DNA from: Octopus bimaculoides
Taxonomy: Eukaryota
NCBI RefSeq assembly: GCF_001194135.2
Contig: NC_068988.1
Coordinates: 50,200,880 to 50,260,918, forward strand
Length of the DNA: 60,039 nt
Direction: 5' to 3'
The notes under the pieces: model-generated
Told to the model about the DNA's origin: nothing
Database searches by the model: none
Seen by the model: the letters and a program-made list of their open reading frames with translations, nothing else
In this document: piece after piece, positions 49,496-60,039 of the stretch
How positions within the stretch are numbered: the stretch's first letter is position 1
Layout of the letters: each line of letters opens with the position of its first letter
Translations under genes and position numbers: made by a program

Positions 49496-49920
49496 TATAT
49501 ATATATATGCAGGTCACAATGTTAAACACCACAAGCAAGAAAACAACACTACTACTATCTACCAACCACACCTTATAAATAAAACTGCATTCACATACCA
49601 CTGCCACCTCCACCACTACACACTATCCTTTATAAACTCACTGCACTCACATACAATCACAACCACATTCACAGAATCCACTTAATCATATGTGTCACTT
49701 CAACCTACTACACAGGTCTTGCCAATAAGAGAGTCTCTATACGGTCATTTGTCCAGCTAGAAATAACAGCTAAATTTACTCAAATTACACTCTACTGTTT
49801 TAGAAAAGTGCATAATGAATAATATGGTTCTGGAGTCTCTGCACACAGGGGAATAAAATGGGTTAGTTGCTGTTGTAATATATTTTATCTTAGCTTTGCT
49901 GGATTAGGATTGGTATCGAG

Positions 49921-50066
49921 CAGCCATGGGTAAAATGTGGCCCGTGGGACTTCCTGGATACCCACACCTTGAAAAAATTACCCTGAAGTTTTTTAGAAGT
50001 GCAGCCTACCGGATAATGAGACATGTTTCATGTAGCCTGCTTCTCGATAAAGGTTGCCCATGCCTG
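49921..50066. mobile_element. hAT-Charlie-like MITE
   Basis: TIRs cagccatgggtaa / ttgcccatgcctg, with ggcccgtggg after the left TIR. No TSD recovered. Confidence 0.65.
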
Positions 50067-50339
50067 ATCTTGGACTAAGTAACAGGTTGGTCCAACAAAG
50101 AATCCAACTATATGATTTTCAATATGCTTGAAATAGTAAGCAAATCTCCCTCAAAGTACACTTTTAGTTTCAAAAAAAAAGAGAAAGGACATATTATGTA
50201 ATGAACACTTTTGGTATATTTAGTGCTTTGTGTTCTTGAGCAAAACACTTTGTGTTGCTCTAGTCCATTCAACTGTAAATGAGTAACCAGGGCCATCTTG
50301 GTAACATTATAGGCCCCCAAGCAAATCAATGCACTAGGC

Positions 50340-50682
50340 CCTGTAAAAGACCCCCTTCAGTCATGAATGACCATGGGATTACACCTAAAAAGTTCCCTTC
50401 TGAAGCACAAGTCTTGGTAAGGTTGTTTATGAAAGACCAGCAGTCACCCATGCATATCAGGTTTCCCTCTCCATGCCACTAGTGTTATCTAAGGGAAAGG
50501 CAAAGGCCAATACAGCTTGGCACCAGTGATGTGGCAACTCATTTCTACAGGTGAGTGAACTGGAGCAACGTGAAATAAAGTGTCTTGCTCAAGAACACAA
50601 CACATAGCCTGGTCAAGAAATCAAACTCACTACCTCACGATCGTGAGCCCAACACTCTAACCGCTGAGTCATGCGCCTTCAT
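50340..50682 (-). mobile_element. SINE head B + tail F
   Basis: Colinear with 40430-40770. Confidence 0.85.
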
Positions 50683-51344
50683 AAGGCCCTGTAGTATGTA
50701 CTTATTGACTGCAGATCACAAGACATATAGATCATTGGAATGTCATTGATCTTAGTTCAGTGTATGACCTGGGGTTTAACAACAACAACAACAGCAATCA
50801 CATCTGCAGCAACTACATTCACCTGCCCCACTATCACCACCACCACTTATTCACACACACATTATACTGCCATCCACTAGTGCAACTACACTAAGAGACA
50901 GTACTCTCTGCACCGCCTCACCATGCACCAGCAAAAGTGCAATCTCACAAATATCACCACTTACACAGCTATGGTTACAAACTTCATTACGAGATCATAT
51001 TGTAACAAACGCCATCTCTTGCCTTAGAAGCATCACATCTAAAGTCACAAACTTCACTACCATTACCACAAACTCAACCACCCCGTTCCCACCTAACTAC
51101 CCTCACAAACTGACATTTCCAGAGAAACTTATCATGAATATTTCGTTTTTGTATTTATTTTGCAAAATTATCATGAATAGAAAAAGTGGTAATTTTAAGC
51201 AATTTAACAGTTTTTTTTCTAACGTTTATGTAGAGCACCGTGTATGTATATATAATACTTTCATGTGTCTGTCTCTCTGTATATTATGGATATGTACGTA
51301 TATGCATGTATGTATGTATATATATATATATATGTGTATATGTG

Positions 51345-51415
<71 letters not shown>

Positions 51416-51819
51416 AAAACTACATACATACATGCATGTATATACATATCTATATGCATATACATATATATTTACATATACACAGACATACATATGTATA
51501 TAGGTATGTATGTATGTATGTATGTATGTAATTAGATAAAACGGAATCCAAGGAGACTAGTGGTGGTCTGATTTGGTAAAAGATGTATTTACTGGAAAAA
51601 TAACAGAAGAATTTCAATGTTGCCACGAGGAATGAGTTTCCAGCATTTGGGATTTAGGACAGAGTCCCTCTTCCAGATTGGGATGACAGGGAAAAAAACA
51701 CTACATGGCAAGAGTATTAATCCTCTATGTAAGAGTAGCTGGTAGTCTACTGATCATCATCATCAAAATTTCTTAACTGATGCAGCCAGTCATTGGAGTA
51801 CCACTCTAGAAGCTTTCGT

Positions 51820-51998
51820 TATCATCCATTGCCACTAGTCTTCTATTCTCTGTCATGCACAGCAGGTTTGCTGTGTTGTGACATGTCCAATTCTTGATGC
51901 TGTCAAACTAGGATTTTCTGTCTGCCCCTTTTTTGCCCTTCCTCAACTATGCCCTGAAGAATAGTTTTGGATAGGGAGTTGTAATGGGATACATGATA
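51820..51998 (-). mobile_element. RTE-clade LINE ORF2 C-terminus
   Basis: YHVSHYNSLSKTILQGIVEEGQKRGRQK / FDSIKNWTCHNTANLLCMTENRR. Confidence 0.82.
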
Positions 51999-52133
51999 GA
52001 GAATGCAAAACAACATGAGAATGAATGCATAGATAGGAAGTAATGAGAGAGGGAGAGGGAGGAAGAGAGAGATAGAGAGAGAAAATGAAAAGGAAATAAA
52101 AAGAGAGAGGAGAGCTAAAGGATGAAGCAGGGA

Positions 52134-52313
52134 TTAGAAGGAGCAAAAAGGAAAACATTCATTTAAGCCCATTAGTACCATGGTTTCCAAGTTGAATATG
52201 ATATGTTGTTCCTTCCGTTTCCTTGAGTTTGCAGATCCTTGGTGTACAGAGGTACCTGCTACAGATCAATGAGTAATGAAGTGATCTGTAGTGTTGAAGA
52301 GGGCCACTTCCTT
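52134..52313 (-). mobile_element. Penelope-like element, GIY-YIG endonuclease C-terminal relic
   Basis: A single frame reads KEVALFNTTDHFITH*SVAGTSVHQGSANSRKRKEQHIIFNLETMVLMGLNECFPFCSF*, followed by a CT-rich tract. Similarity may extend to ~52620. Confidence 0.68.
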
Positions 52314-52711
52314 GTTCCATTCAAATAAAAATTGGAGACAGCCCTGGAAGTTACTTCAAGTTAAATCTCTTACATTGTGAACGGGGTTGGATAAATGGAC
52401 CCTATCCGTATTACCTTTAAAGCATAGGACAGGGCGAAAGTGTAAGCCCAAACAGTATGCAAAACACCTGCCCATAAACTGGTCTGATAGTATTTGTTTG
52501 GAAAGGAGAAACTCAAGGGTCACCATCAGGACATTGGTAACGATATCCATTTCTGGTTAGGTTACCTTCGTGGTATGATATAGACATGTGGTCAATGCCG
52601 ATTTTAATATTTAGCGATATGCAGTCGGGTGGAACCACCATGGATTACAAATCTTGATGACACCACAGTATGATAAAACAATACAATATCAAAACTGTAT
52701 TCTGTGGTGGG

Positions 52712-52890
52712 CACTGATTGTAGCGTAGACAGGACGTGAAACGAGGGGTGGGTCCACGCCGGGCGATATTTTTATGGAAGCGGTACTTTTGAATCTACTG
52801 TATAAGTCAAGCTTGTGTAGGTGCGGTGACCTGGTAGGGTGACATTCTCAAAGGTTACCCCTGGTAGCACACACTTTAGCTACGCCACTG
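52712..52890. mobile_element. hAT-type MITE, same family as 9564-9723
   Basis: Ends in cacacactttagctacgccactg, with internal gggcgatatttttatggaagcggtacttttga. TSD not recovered. Confidence 0.75.
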
Positions 52891-53213
52891 GGTGCTGAAG
52901 AGAAGACCTTAAAACTCAGTATCCAAGGTAGACGACCTAACTGCTATACATGTGTAAGCCAAATTCATTTTAGAGCTTTCTGAACGGAAATCCTAAAAGA
53001 AAAAGAAAAAGACGCCATAATAAGAATTATGGAGGTTATCGGCCGTAACACAACACCATGATCAACTTGTGAGTCAGCAAATAAAATTGCCTCGTCCTCA
53101 TAACTAGGAGTGAAACATGAAACAATAAACTCCATCTTCCAGCCGGAATCAACAAAGACAAAGAGAGTCACCAAAAGCAACGACGACAACATCAACAACA
53201 ACAATAACACCTA

Positions 53214-53702
53214 ATGCTAAATTATCAGGAAGTACCTTTTCCTAGAAGCACATCCCTATATACTTATGAGGATGGAGACCAGACAGAAGCTGAAAGATAT
53301 AAGCGAACATTTTCGTGGAGAAAAAAAACAGAAGAGAAAAGACGAAAAGGGAGTCAGCAAAACGAAAAGGGAGTCAATGAAAAGTCTTTTAAAAAGCTAT
53401 AAAAATGCGACATAGAGTACACCCCTAGTGAAGAGCTGACGCTCTTTGCTGAAGAAGAATTCATATCTTATAAAGGAGGAAAGCTAGCGTTCTATCATGA
53501 AGAGCCAGCTTCCTACCTGAAGGAGCTATTCGCAAAAAGAACAATGTTCAAATATTCACAAATTTCCAGACGAAGTATACAGATCAAGAAGGAAATAGGA
53601 TCACATTTTAAACAGCGTTTAAAGGACAGAATAGTAAAAAAAAAACTTTGGGATATACCTTACGAAGTATTGCCGTACTTGATGGCATATAAGAGGTATT
53701 AG
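53214..53702 (+). pseudogene. Decayed ORF, 163 codons in one frame with one internal TAA; possibly non-LTR ORF1-like
   Basis: The frame of ORF 53214-53402 continues open past the stop for 99 more codons (KCDIEYTPSEELTLF...KKKLWDIPYEVLPYLMAYKRY*). Confidence 0.4.
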
Positions 53703-54479
53703 TTGTTAAAAAAACAAACTTCACCCGAGGAATACACCTAAACCAGATGTTCGGTGTCCCATCTACCATCAATTTCACCCTCGAGGGATCGATGTTAGAT
53801 GAGTAGAAACAATTGTGATCAATAAGGATTCTTGTATCTTCTATCTTCTTCCTCTCTCTCGTTAATCAAATACACACACAAACACACACACACACACATA
53901 TAGCTTCAGTATACTTATAATGCACAGCCTTACTAAGTTCTGGCAATGAGGTCATGAGAATCCACTGCCTTCCGTTCTGGACTCTTATACGAACAAGTAC
54001 AGGGTGTAATATTAATTAATAAATACACGACAGAAGAACAGGAGTTGTGTAATCACCTTGTTAGTTTACAGCTGCATTCGCTATAAATTGCTCTGCATCC
54101 AGAGATGAATTCCATATAGCCAAAACAGGTGTAAGCTAATGAAGGTAATTATGTAACTCCTGTTCAGTAATTAATCAATTAATATATATGTAGTGACTTC
54201 ATTTAGGCATAGAGTAGATTCGATCCTGAATCGGCAAGTTTCCCTTAGCATTTCAGCAGCGTTTTTTTTTTGTACAGAAAAACGATAGTTGACAGGAGTT
54301 ACATTCCACACATGGCCTTGCCAAGTCAATTTATGTACTTTACGTTTAACTCTTGACTTCTTCTATGCCATCAAAAGTTGAAGCGACCTACATCGAGCTG
54401 CCCATTGTCCTCGGCTATATACCCATTTTTCTAGATAGTCTGCATAATTATAAATACTAAAATTCCGTAAGAAAAAGTT

Positions 54480-54660
54480 AGCGAGAACCGACTAACAGGG
54501 GAGTTGGCTGACGGCTGAACGAAACGCCATCTCTGAATGAAACGTCAACGAGGGACAACTATGGTAACTCACCAACGAAGCAGTTGTCTCGTTCCACCAC
54601 TCTCACTTTCTCACTAGCTCATTTTTTTTCTCTACGACATCACTCTGTCTCTTTCCTACT
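54480..54660. promoter_or_regulatory. CpG-rich promoter-like segment (candidate)
   Basis: Non-repeat, CpG-dense sequence with CGCCATCT (YY1-like, 54525-54532), TATGGTAAC (RFX half site, 54560-54568) and a minus-strand TTG|GTGAGT donor-like site at 54573. Confidence 0.3.
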
Positions 54661-55088
54661 GATACAATGACAAGAACATTATACACACTTATACAAGGAA
54701 AAATTAACTCTCTTTACATGCTTTCCGACTTATATTACCCATACCTGCCCGTCGAGTCATGGCTTTACCTGCAACATCAACACCCGTTACAATTTTGATA
54801 ACTACTCAAAACGAATTACTGCATCTTGCGTTACAATTGAACTCCGTTACAAATGGTAACCCTGCTAACTATAACATTTATCGTTACATATATATGTGTT
54901 TGTGAGACAGACATACAGACAGACAGATATTAATTAGTTAATGAGTGTGTGCATACGTGTGTGTAAGTGTCGCGGGAGGTATTTGAGAACACATTTGGTA
55001 ATTTGATAAAGCAATTCTTATCTAACAAAAATCAAATGAATTTTAATAGATTTTCATGCACGTATTCTTTATAAGCTTTCTGACACGA

Positions 55089-55730
55089 TTATTCTACGAA
55101 TTCGTCTTCAGTTTCGATGACTGCTCCCATGCGGGACCGGAATGGTTTCCATGCCTGCTCTAAAATTCAGACATCATCTGGACAATAGTTGCCCTCAATA
55201 AAGCTATAGTATTATTAGAATGCTACCGATTAATCTCCCTTTTAAGAATCATCCAACCGTACGTGTTCATGAGATTTAAATCTAGTAAGTTTTGAGGCTA
55301 CAATTTGGTGTTACACGATCGTAAAAATTGTCTGAATTCCATTCTTGGATTACGTAGGTTTTTTGAAATAATACTGGGTCAGTTTCGAAACACGTATGAC
55401 CTTTCGCAGTGTACTTTATCCCTCCCGGGTTTAACAACTATCATTAGAACCTCAACGCATCTACCATTAATTCTATAATCCCCTGGAAAGACGTGAAATG
55501 GCATGATATGACCTTCGTTACTCACCACTTCTAAAACCGACTCATTTGATGGAAACTTAGTGCGCGTCACTCTGGGCATGCCAGAAAGATATGCACATAA
55601 CCGATGGTTTTCTTATCAGAGAAGGACCAAAGTACGTCATGTTCGTGAGAATCTTTAAACTTAAGCAACTGCCTGGCTATTTACGGAAAGTTTTCTTCAG
55701 CAATTTTCAATCGTTGATAAAGACTAATCT
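55089..55730 (-). mobile_element. Second maT-type (DD37D-like) transposase relic
   Basis: Reads DVLWSFSDKKT, RLCAYLSGMPRVTRTKFPSNESVLEVVSNEGHIMPFHVFPG, PQNLLDLNLMNTYGW and FRSRMGAVIETEDEFVE*. TIRs not recovered. Confidence 0.85.
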
Positions 55731-56974
55731 CATATAATCAAAGAACTAACGGAGACATTTCTTACATGATGACGAGATCACCGATACAGCGTGGAATCTA
55801 GGTATGGGAGGCAACCATGGAAATTGATACAGGGCTGGAGTGAGAGTTATAATGGGGGTGGGGGGGATCAGAGCGATGGTACCGTAAAAGTAGGATCCCA
55901 TGACAGATGGTGGTGGCAGAGTAAGTAATGAAAGTATTAACGGAGAATTTTGCCTCTCACGGAAGGATTACCGGAGAATCTGCTTGACACGGATAAAATT
56001 GGTTGCCATGTGTCTTCAAGCAATCACCGGGCTCTGAGCACATGGCCTATACAATGTACAAATAAGTTTGCTAGAACAACAAAAATCACGATTTGCCTAT
56101 ATATAATCAAATAAAAAAAGAAAACAGGGAAAAAAAAAAAAATTAGACGTTCACAGTGGATATATTAGAATGATGTTCAGTACAAGTTTTAGATGAAAAA
56201 ATAGGAGTAGCAATAACGTTTCAGAAAGAGGAAAAAGTTCAGAGAGGGAGAGATAGTCCAGAGAAAAGCACTGTGTGTCGTTACATGGCCGAAAAATAAC
56301 TGACTGTAAGTTGGAGAGTGTAAAAACGGCTAAAATCGTTCCGGACTAGGGAGGGGGTGAAAAAAAAATTTCAAATTTTTTTCTTTTCTTTCGTGAAAAG
56401 ATGCCTCCCATCATTTTGAGGACTTTGATGAAGAATATTGGGGAAAAATCCCCGTCAAAACGGAGAAATTCCAACTTATGTGGGCCGCCTGATCCGAAAT
56501 TCCGTTTTCTTGAACGCCTTGCCCCCTTCCAAAAATTTTGCCAACAAATTTCTTCGTAATCGTAATCTATATCGTTTGAAAGATATTTGTATAAATTTTC
56601 ATTAAAAAATACCTATTTTCCAGAAAGTTATGAGGGGCTAAATGTCGGGTCCTGTGAATTTTCCGAAACTCCTCTGTGTGTGCGTGCGTGCGTGCGCGTG
56701 TGTGTGTGTGCGTGTGTGTGAATCTTTGTGAATGTGTTGGGAAATGCATATATGCTTTTTCATGCGTGTGTGTAGGTGGGGGGGCGGGTTGCGAGTAGCG
56801 TGTGTGGCTTAGTCAAAGACCACGTGGATGGAAAGCAAACTTGTTAACCACATGGAAGTATTTGAATGCTACTGATGCTTCCTTTACTTCTTAAGAATTA
56901 TCAAGACACTCCGTGAAGACAGAATAAAGTGAAGAAAAGAACACAGATCTTCGGGTTTCCAATAAAGTGATATT

Positions 56975-57150
56975 ATTCTTTTCTGCTCTAGCCACAAGGC
57001 CCGGAATTTTTTGGGGGAGGGACCAGTCGCTTAGATCGACCCAGTACACAACTGGTACGTAATTTATCGACCCCGAAAGAATGAAAGGCGAAGTCGACCT
57101 GGACAGAATTTGAACTCAGAACGTGCTAACCTTTCTGTCAGCTTGCTTCC
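56975..57150 (-). mobile_element. Family E SINE
   Basis: ggtacgtaatttatcgaccccgaaagaatgaaaggcgaagtcgacc. Confidence 0.85.
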
Positions 57151-57599
57151 TTAGTAAAGTGATGTTATTGTTCTAACCTGATTAATGCCATCCTTTGAAG
57201 TCAGAGCTGCAATCGGTATCACAAATCTTAGCTAGAGTTTTTATTCGATATCGTTTGATATGAATGTTTTCAACGTCCAGTGACACAAGAATATACTTCT
57301 GCTAAATTTCTTTAGCCGGACGTCCTGAGAATTTCCGAATCAATGACTGCATAAACCGAAATAAATTATGTTTGTATGCATGTGTGTAGGAGAGGGGCCA
57401 GGGAAGACCAGTGGTTCGCTGCTAGAGAGTGTTACAGCCTAGGACTTGATCAATGTCGGGGTGGACAACTGGATGAGGAATCTGATGTTTTATGACACGA
57501 AAACCCCTGAGAGTGCGGAGACATCACTGATGAAACATCTCGGAGCATCCGTGAAATGCATTTTGGAATTGTGTGTGTGTGTGTACTCTCTCTCTCTCT

Positions 57600-58092
57600 C
57601 TTACTTGTTTGTCATTTGACTGCGGCCATGCTGGAGCACCGCCTTTAGTCGAGCAAATCGACCCCAGAGCTTATTCTTTGTAAGCCTAGTACTTATTCTG
57701 TCGGTCTCTTTGCCGAACCGCTAAGTTACGGGGACGTAAACACACCAGCATCGGTTGTCAAGCGATGTTGGCGGTGGGGGGGACAAACTCAGACACACAA
57801 ACACACACACACTTATATATATANNNNNNNNNNNNNNNNNNNNNNNNNNNNNNNNNNNNNNNNNNNNNNNNNNNNNNNNNNNNNNNNNNNNNNNNNNNNN
57901 NNNNNNNNNNNNNNNNNNNNNNNNNNNNNNNNNNNNNNNNNNNNNNNNNNNNNNNNNNNNNNNNNNNNNNNNNNNNNNNNNNNNNNNNNNNNNNNNNNNN
58001 NNNNNNNNNNNNNNNNNNNNNNNNNNNNNNNNNNNNNNNNNNNNCGGAACCATGTGGCTGGTAAGCAAGCTACTTACCACACAGCCACTCCT
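57600..58092 (-). mobile_element. Family D SINE spanning an assembly gap at its internal (TA)n
   Basis: Tail at 57600-57823, head at 58045-58092. Confidence 0.9.
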
Positions 58093-58161
58093 GCGCATAC
58101 ATTTACAGAGATATAAGTATAAATTAATGATAATCGTTGCATATTGTGCTCTAATATATAA

Positions 58162-58210
<49 letters not shown>

Positions 58211-58212
<2 letters not shown>

Positions 58213-58522
58213 GGCACGTGGTTTAGTGGTGAGGGCATTCGGCTTATGATCGTAAGTTCGATACGCCACGGCACCTTGCGCCCTTGAGCAGGACACTTTA
58301 TTTCTCGTAACTCCAGTCCATTCAGCTGGCAAAAATGAACTGTACCTGTAATCCAAAGGGTCGGCAATATCACATTCTGTGTCACGCTGAATCTCCCAGA
58401 GAATTATGCTAAGGGCATATGTATTTGTGGAGTGCTCAGGCACTTGTACGTTAATTTCACGAGCAGTCTGTTCAGTTGATCGGATCAACCAGAACACACG
58501 TCGTCGCGACCGACGGAGTACC
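58211..58522 (+). mobile_element. SINE head B + tail C
   Basis: tggtttagtggtgaggg...cccttgagcaggacact...cttgtacgttaatttcacgagcag. Confidence 0.85.
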
Positions 58523-58744
58523 ATATATGTGTGTGTGTGTGTGTGTGCTTAGGTTCTTATATGTGCAGGCTTTTCTACAGGAATTGCACATATTCATGAG
58601 TATGTGTACCTACCCGTGTATACGCGCAAACATACTTATAATTAAACCAGCATACGGTTATAGCAGACGCGTTATAACCAATGATGTGTGCCAGCACCCG
58701 AACAAAATTGATTATATTAAATCTTCGAGTAATTGTCAGTAATT

Positions 58745-59147
58745 CTTGCTATTGGTTTCAAATTTTGGCACGAGGCCAGCAACTTCGGAAGAAAGGGAAA
58801 GTCGATTACATCGACCCCAGTATTTAACTAGTACTTGTTTTATCGACCTCGAAAGGCTAAAAGTTAAAATCGACCACGGCAGGATTTTGAACGCGGAATG
58901 TCAAGGCGAACGAAATGATGCTCAGCATTTTCCCCAGTGTGCTAACGATTCTTTCCTACTCTAGGCACAACGCCAGAAATTTTGGGGGAGTGGATCAGTC
59001 GATTAGATCGACCCCAGTACGCAACTGGTACTTAATTTATCGACCCCGAAAAGATAAAAGGCAAAGTCGACCTCGGTGGAATTTGAACTCAGAACATAAA
59101 GACAGACGAAATACCGCTAAAATTTTCGCCTGGCGTGCTAACGTTTT
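58745..59147 (-). mobile_element. Two tandem family E SINEs
   Basis: The gtcgattacatcgaccccag...tatcgacc...gaaagg block occurs twice. Confidence 0.85.
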
Positions 59148-59339
59148 TTTATTTCTCTATTGCCCACAAGGGGCTAAACACAGAGGGGACAAACAAGGAC
59201 TGACAAAGAGATTAAGTCGATTACATCGACCCCTGTACGTAACTGTTTGCAGTGATCAAATGTTTGTGCTGTACGAAAGCTCACTCCCTACAGCATGTCG
59301 ACATCGCTTGTCTAGGTTCACGGTGTATCACACATCAGA

Positions 59340-59470
59340 CGTCGAAGTAATCTCAGTGCAACGTAATATGAAGTGTTTCGTTCAAGAACGCAACGAAATG
59401 CCCGGTCCTGGATTCGAACTCACGGTTTCGCGATCGTGACAGCAGCGCCTTAACCACTAGGCCACGTGTC
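59340..59470 (-). mobile_element. Head-B SINE 5' part
   Basis: gtgtttcgttcaagaacgcaac...ggattcgaactcacgg...ccttaaccactaggccacgtg. Confidence 0.8.
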
Positions 59471-59490
59471 TTCCCTGTATATGTATGTAC

Positions 59491-59548
<58 letters not shown>

Positions 59549-59992
59549 GCGTGTGCTATTGTACATGCACATGCACACAGGGATTGTAACACACACACAC
59601 ACACACACATACATGCACACACACAGACACCCCCCACACACACACACACGCACACACACACACACACATCTGTAAAAGATCGATACATTCCCTGATGTCA
59701 TCAACACAAGCGCACACACGCTCACAGGACCCACCATCAGCATCTCAGAAAGGTAACTGTCGGTATTATGAAATATTGATTGAATGGCAAAATAGATGCA
59801 AACACACGAACACACATCATATAGATCTGTCTGTGAGTGTGTGCATATATATTATGTGTAGTCATGTATCTGAACACTTCTGTGCGTGTGTGCGCGCGCA
59901 AGAGAGAGACAGACAGAGACAGAGAGAAAGATAGTATATATATGTACATATATACATGCAATCACACAAGCATCTATCTATCTATCTATCTC

Positions 59993-60039
<47 letters not shown>

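Noticed and set aside
57520-57570. CTGATGA...GAAA-TGCA-TT with palindromic stem III
   Set aside because: Core boxes are present but stems I and II pair at only 1-2 positions; at best a dead remnant.

Overview
This is eukaryotic, AT-rich, microsatellite-saturated sequence with seven N-gaps, most bordered by (TA)n. The SINE and LINE families and the gap pattern point to a coleoid cephalopod, probably Octopus (inference; no search was run). I could not support any intact host exon, tRNA, rRNA or CRISPR. Nearly all ORF-track entries are artefacts of microsatellites, gaps or SINEs. The window is mostly layered transposon relics. There are about 30 SINE copies, described with my own labels: head A or head B (tRNA-like) joined to tail M (Meta-domain-like), C or F; family D (CORE-like, with an internal microsatellite); and family E (Deu/Nin-like). 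Retroelement remnants belong to RTE, CR1, R4/Dong-like, Ty3/Gypsy and Penelope-like groups. DNA elements include two maT (DD37D) relics, three mariner deletion derivatives and several hAT MITEs with 8-bp TSDs. The most interesting signals are: a Penelope-type minimal hammerhead ribozyme motif with a non-canonical core (16137-16176); a ~690-bp fold-back palindrome (34106-34794); a palindromic MITE inside (TA)n (17950-18203); head/tail swapping among SINEs; a CR1 relic whose frame is restored by removing two nested insertions; and CpG-poor versus CpG-rich domains that suggest an unseen methylated gene body next to a promoter-like segment at ~54.5 kb. All translations, alignments and counts were done by hand, and boundaries are approximate unless TIRs or TSDs are quoted.
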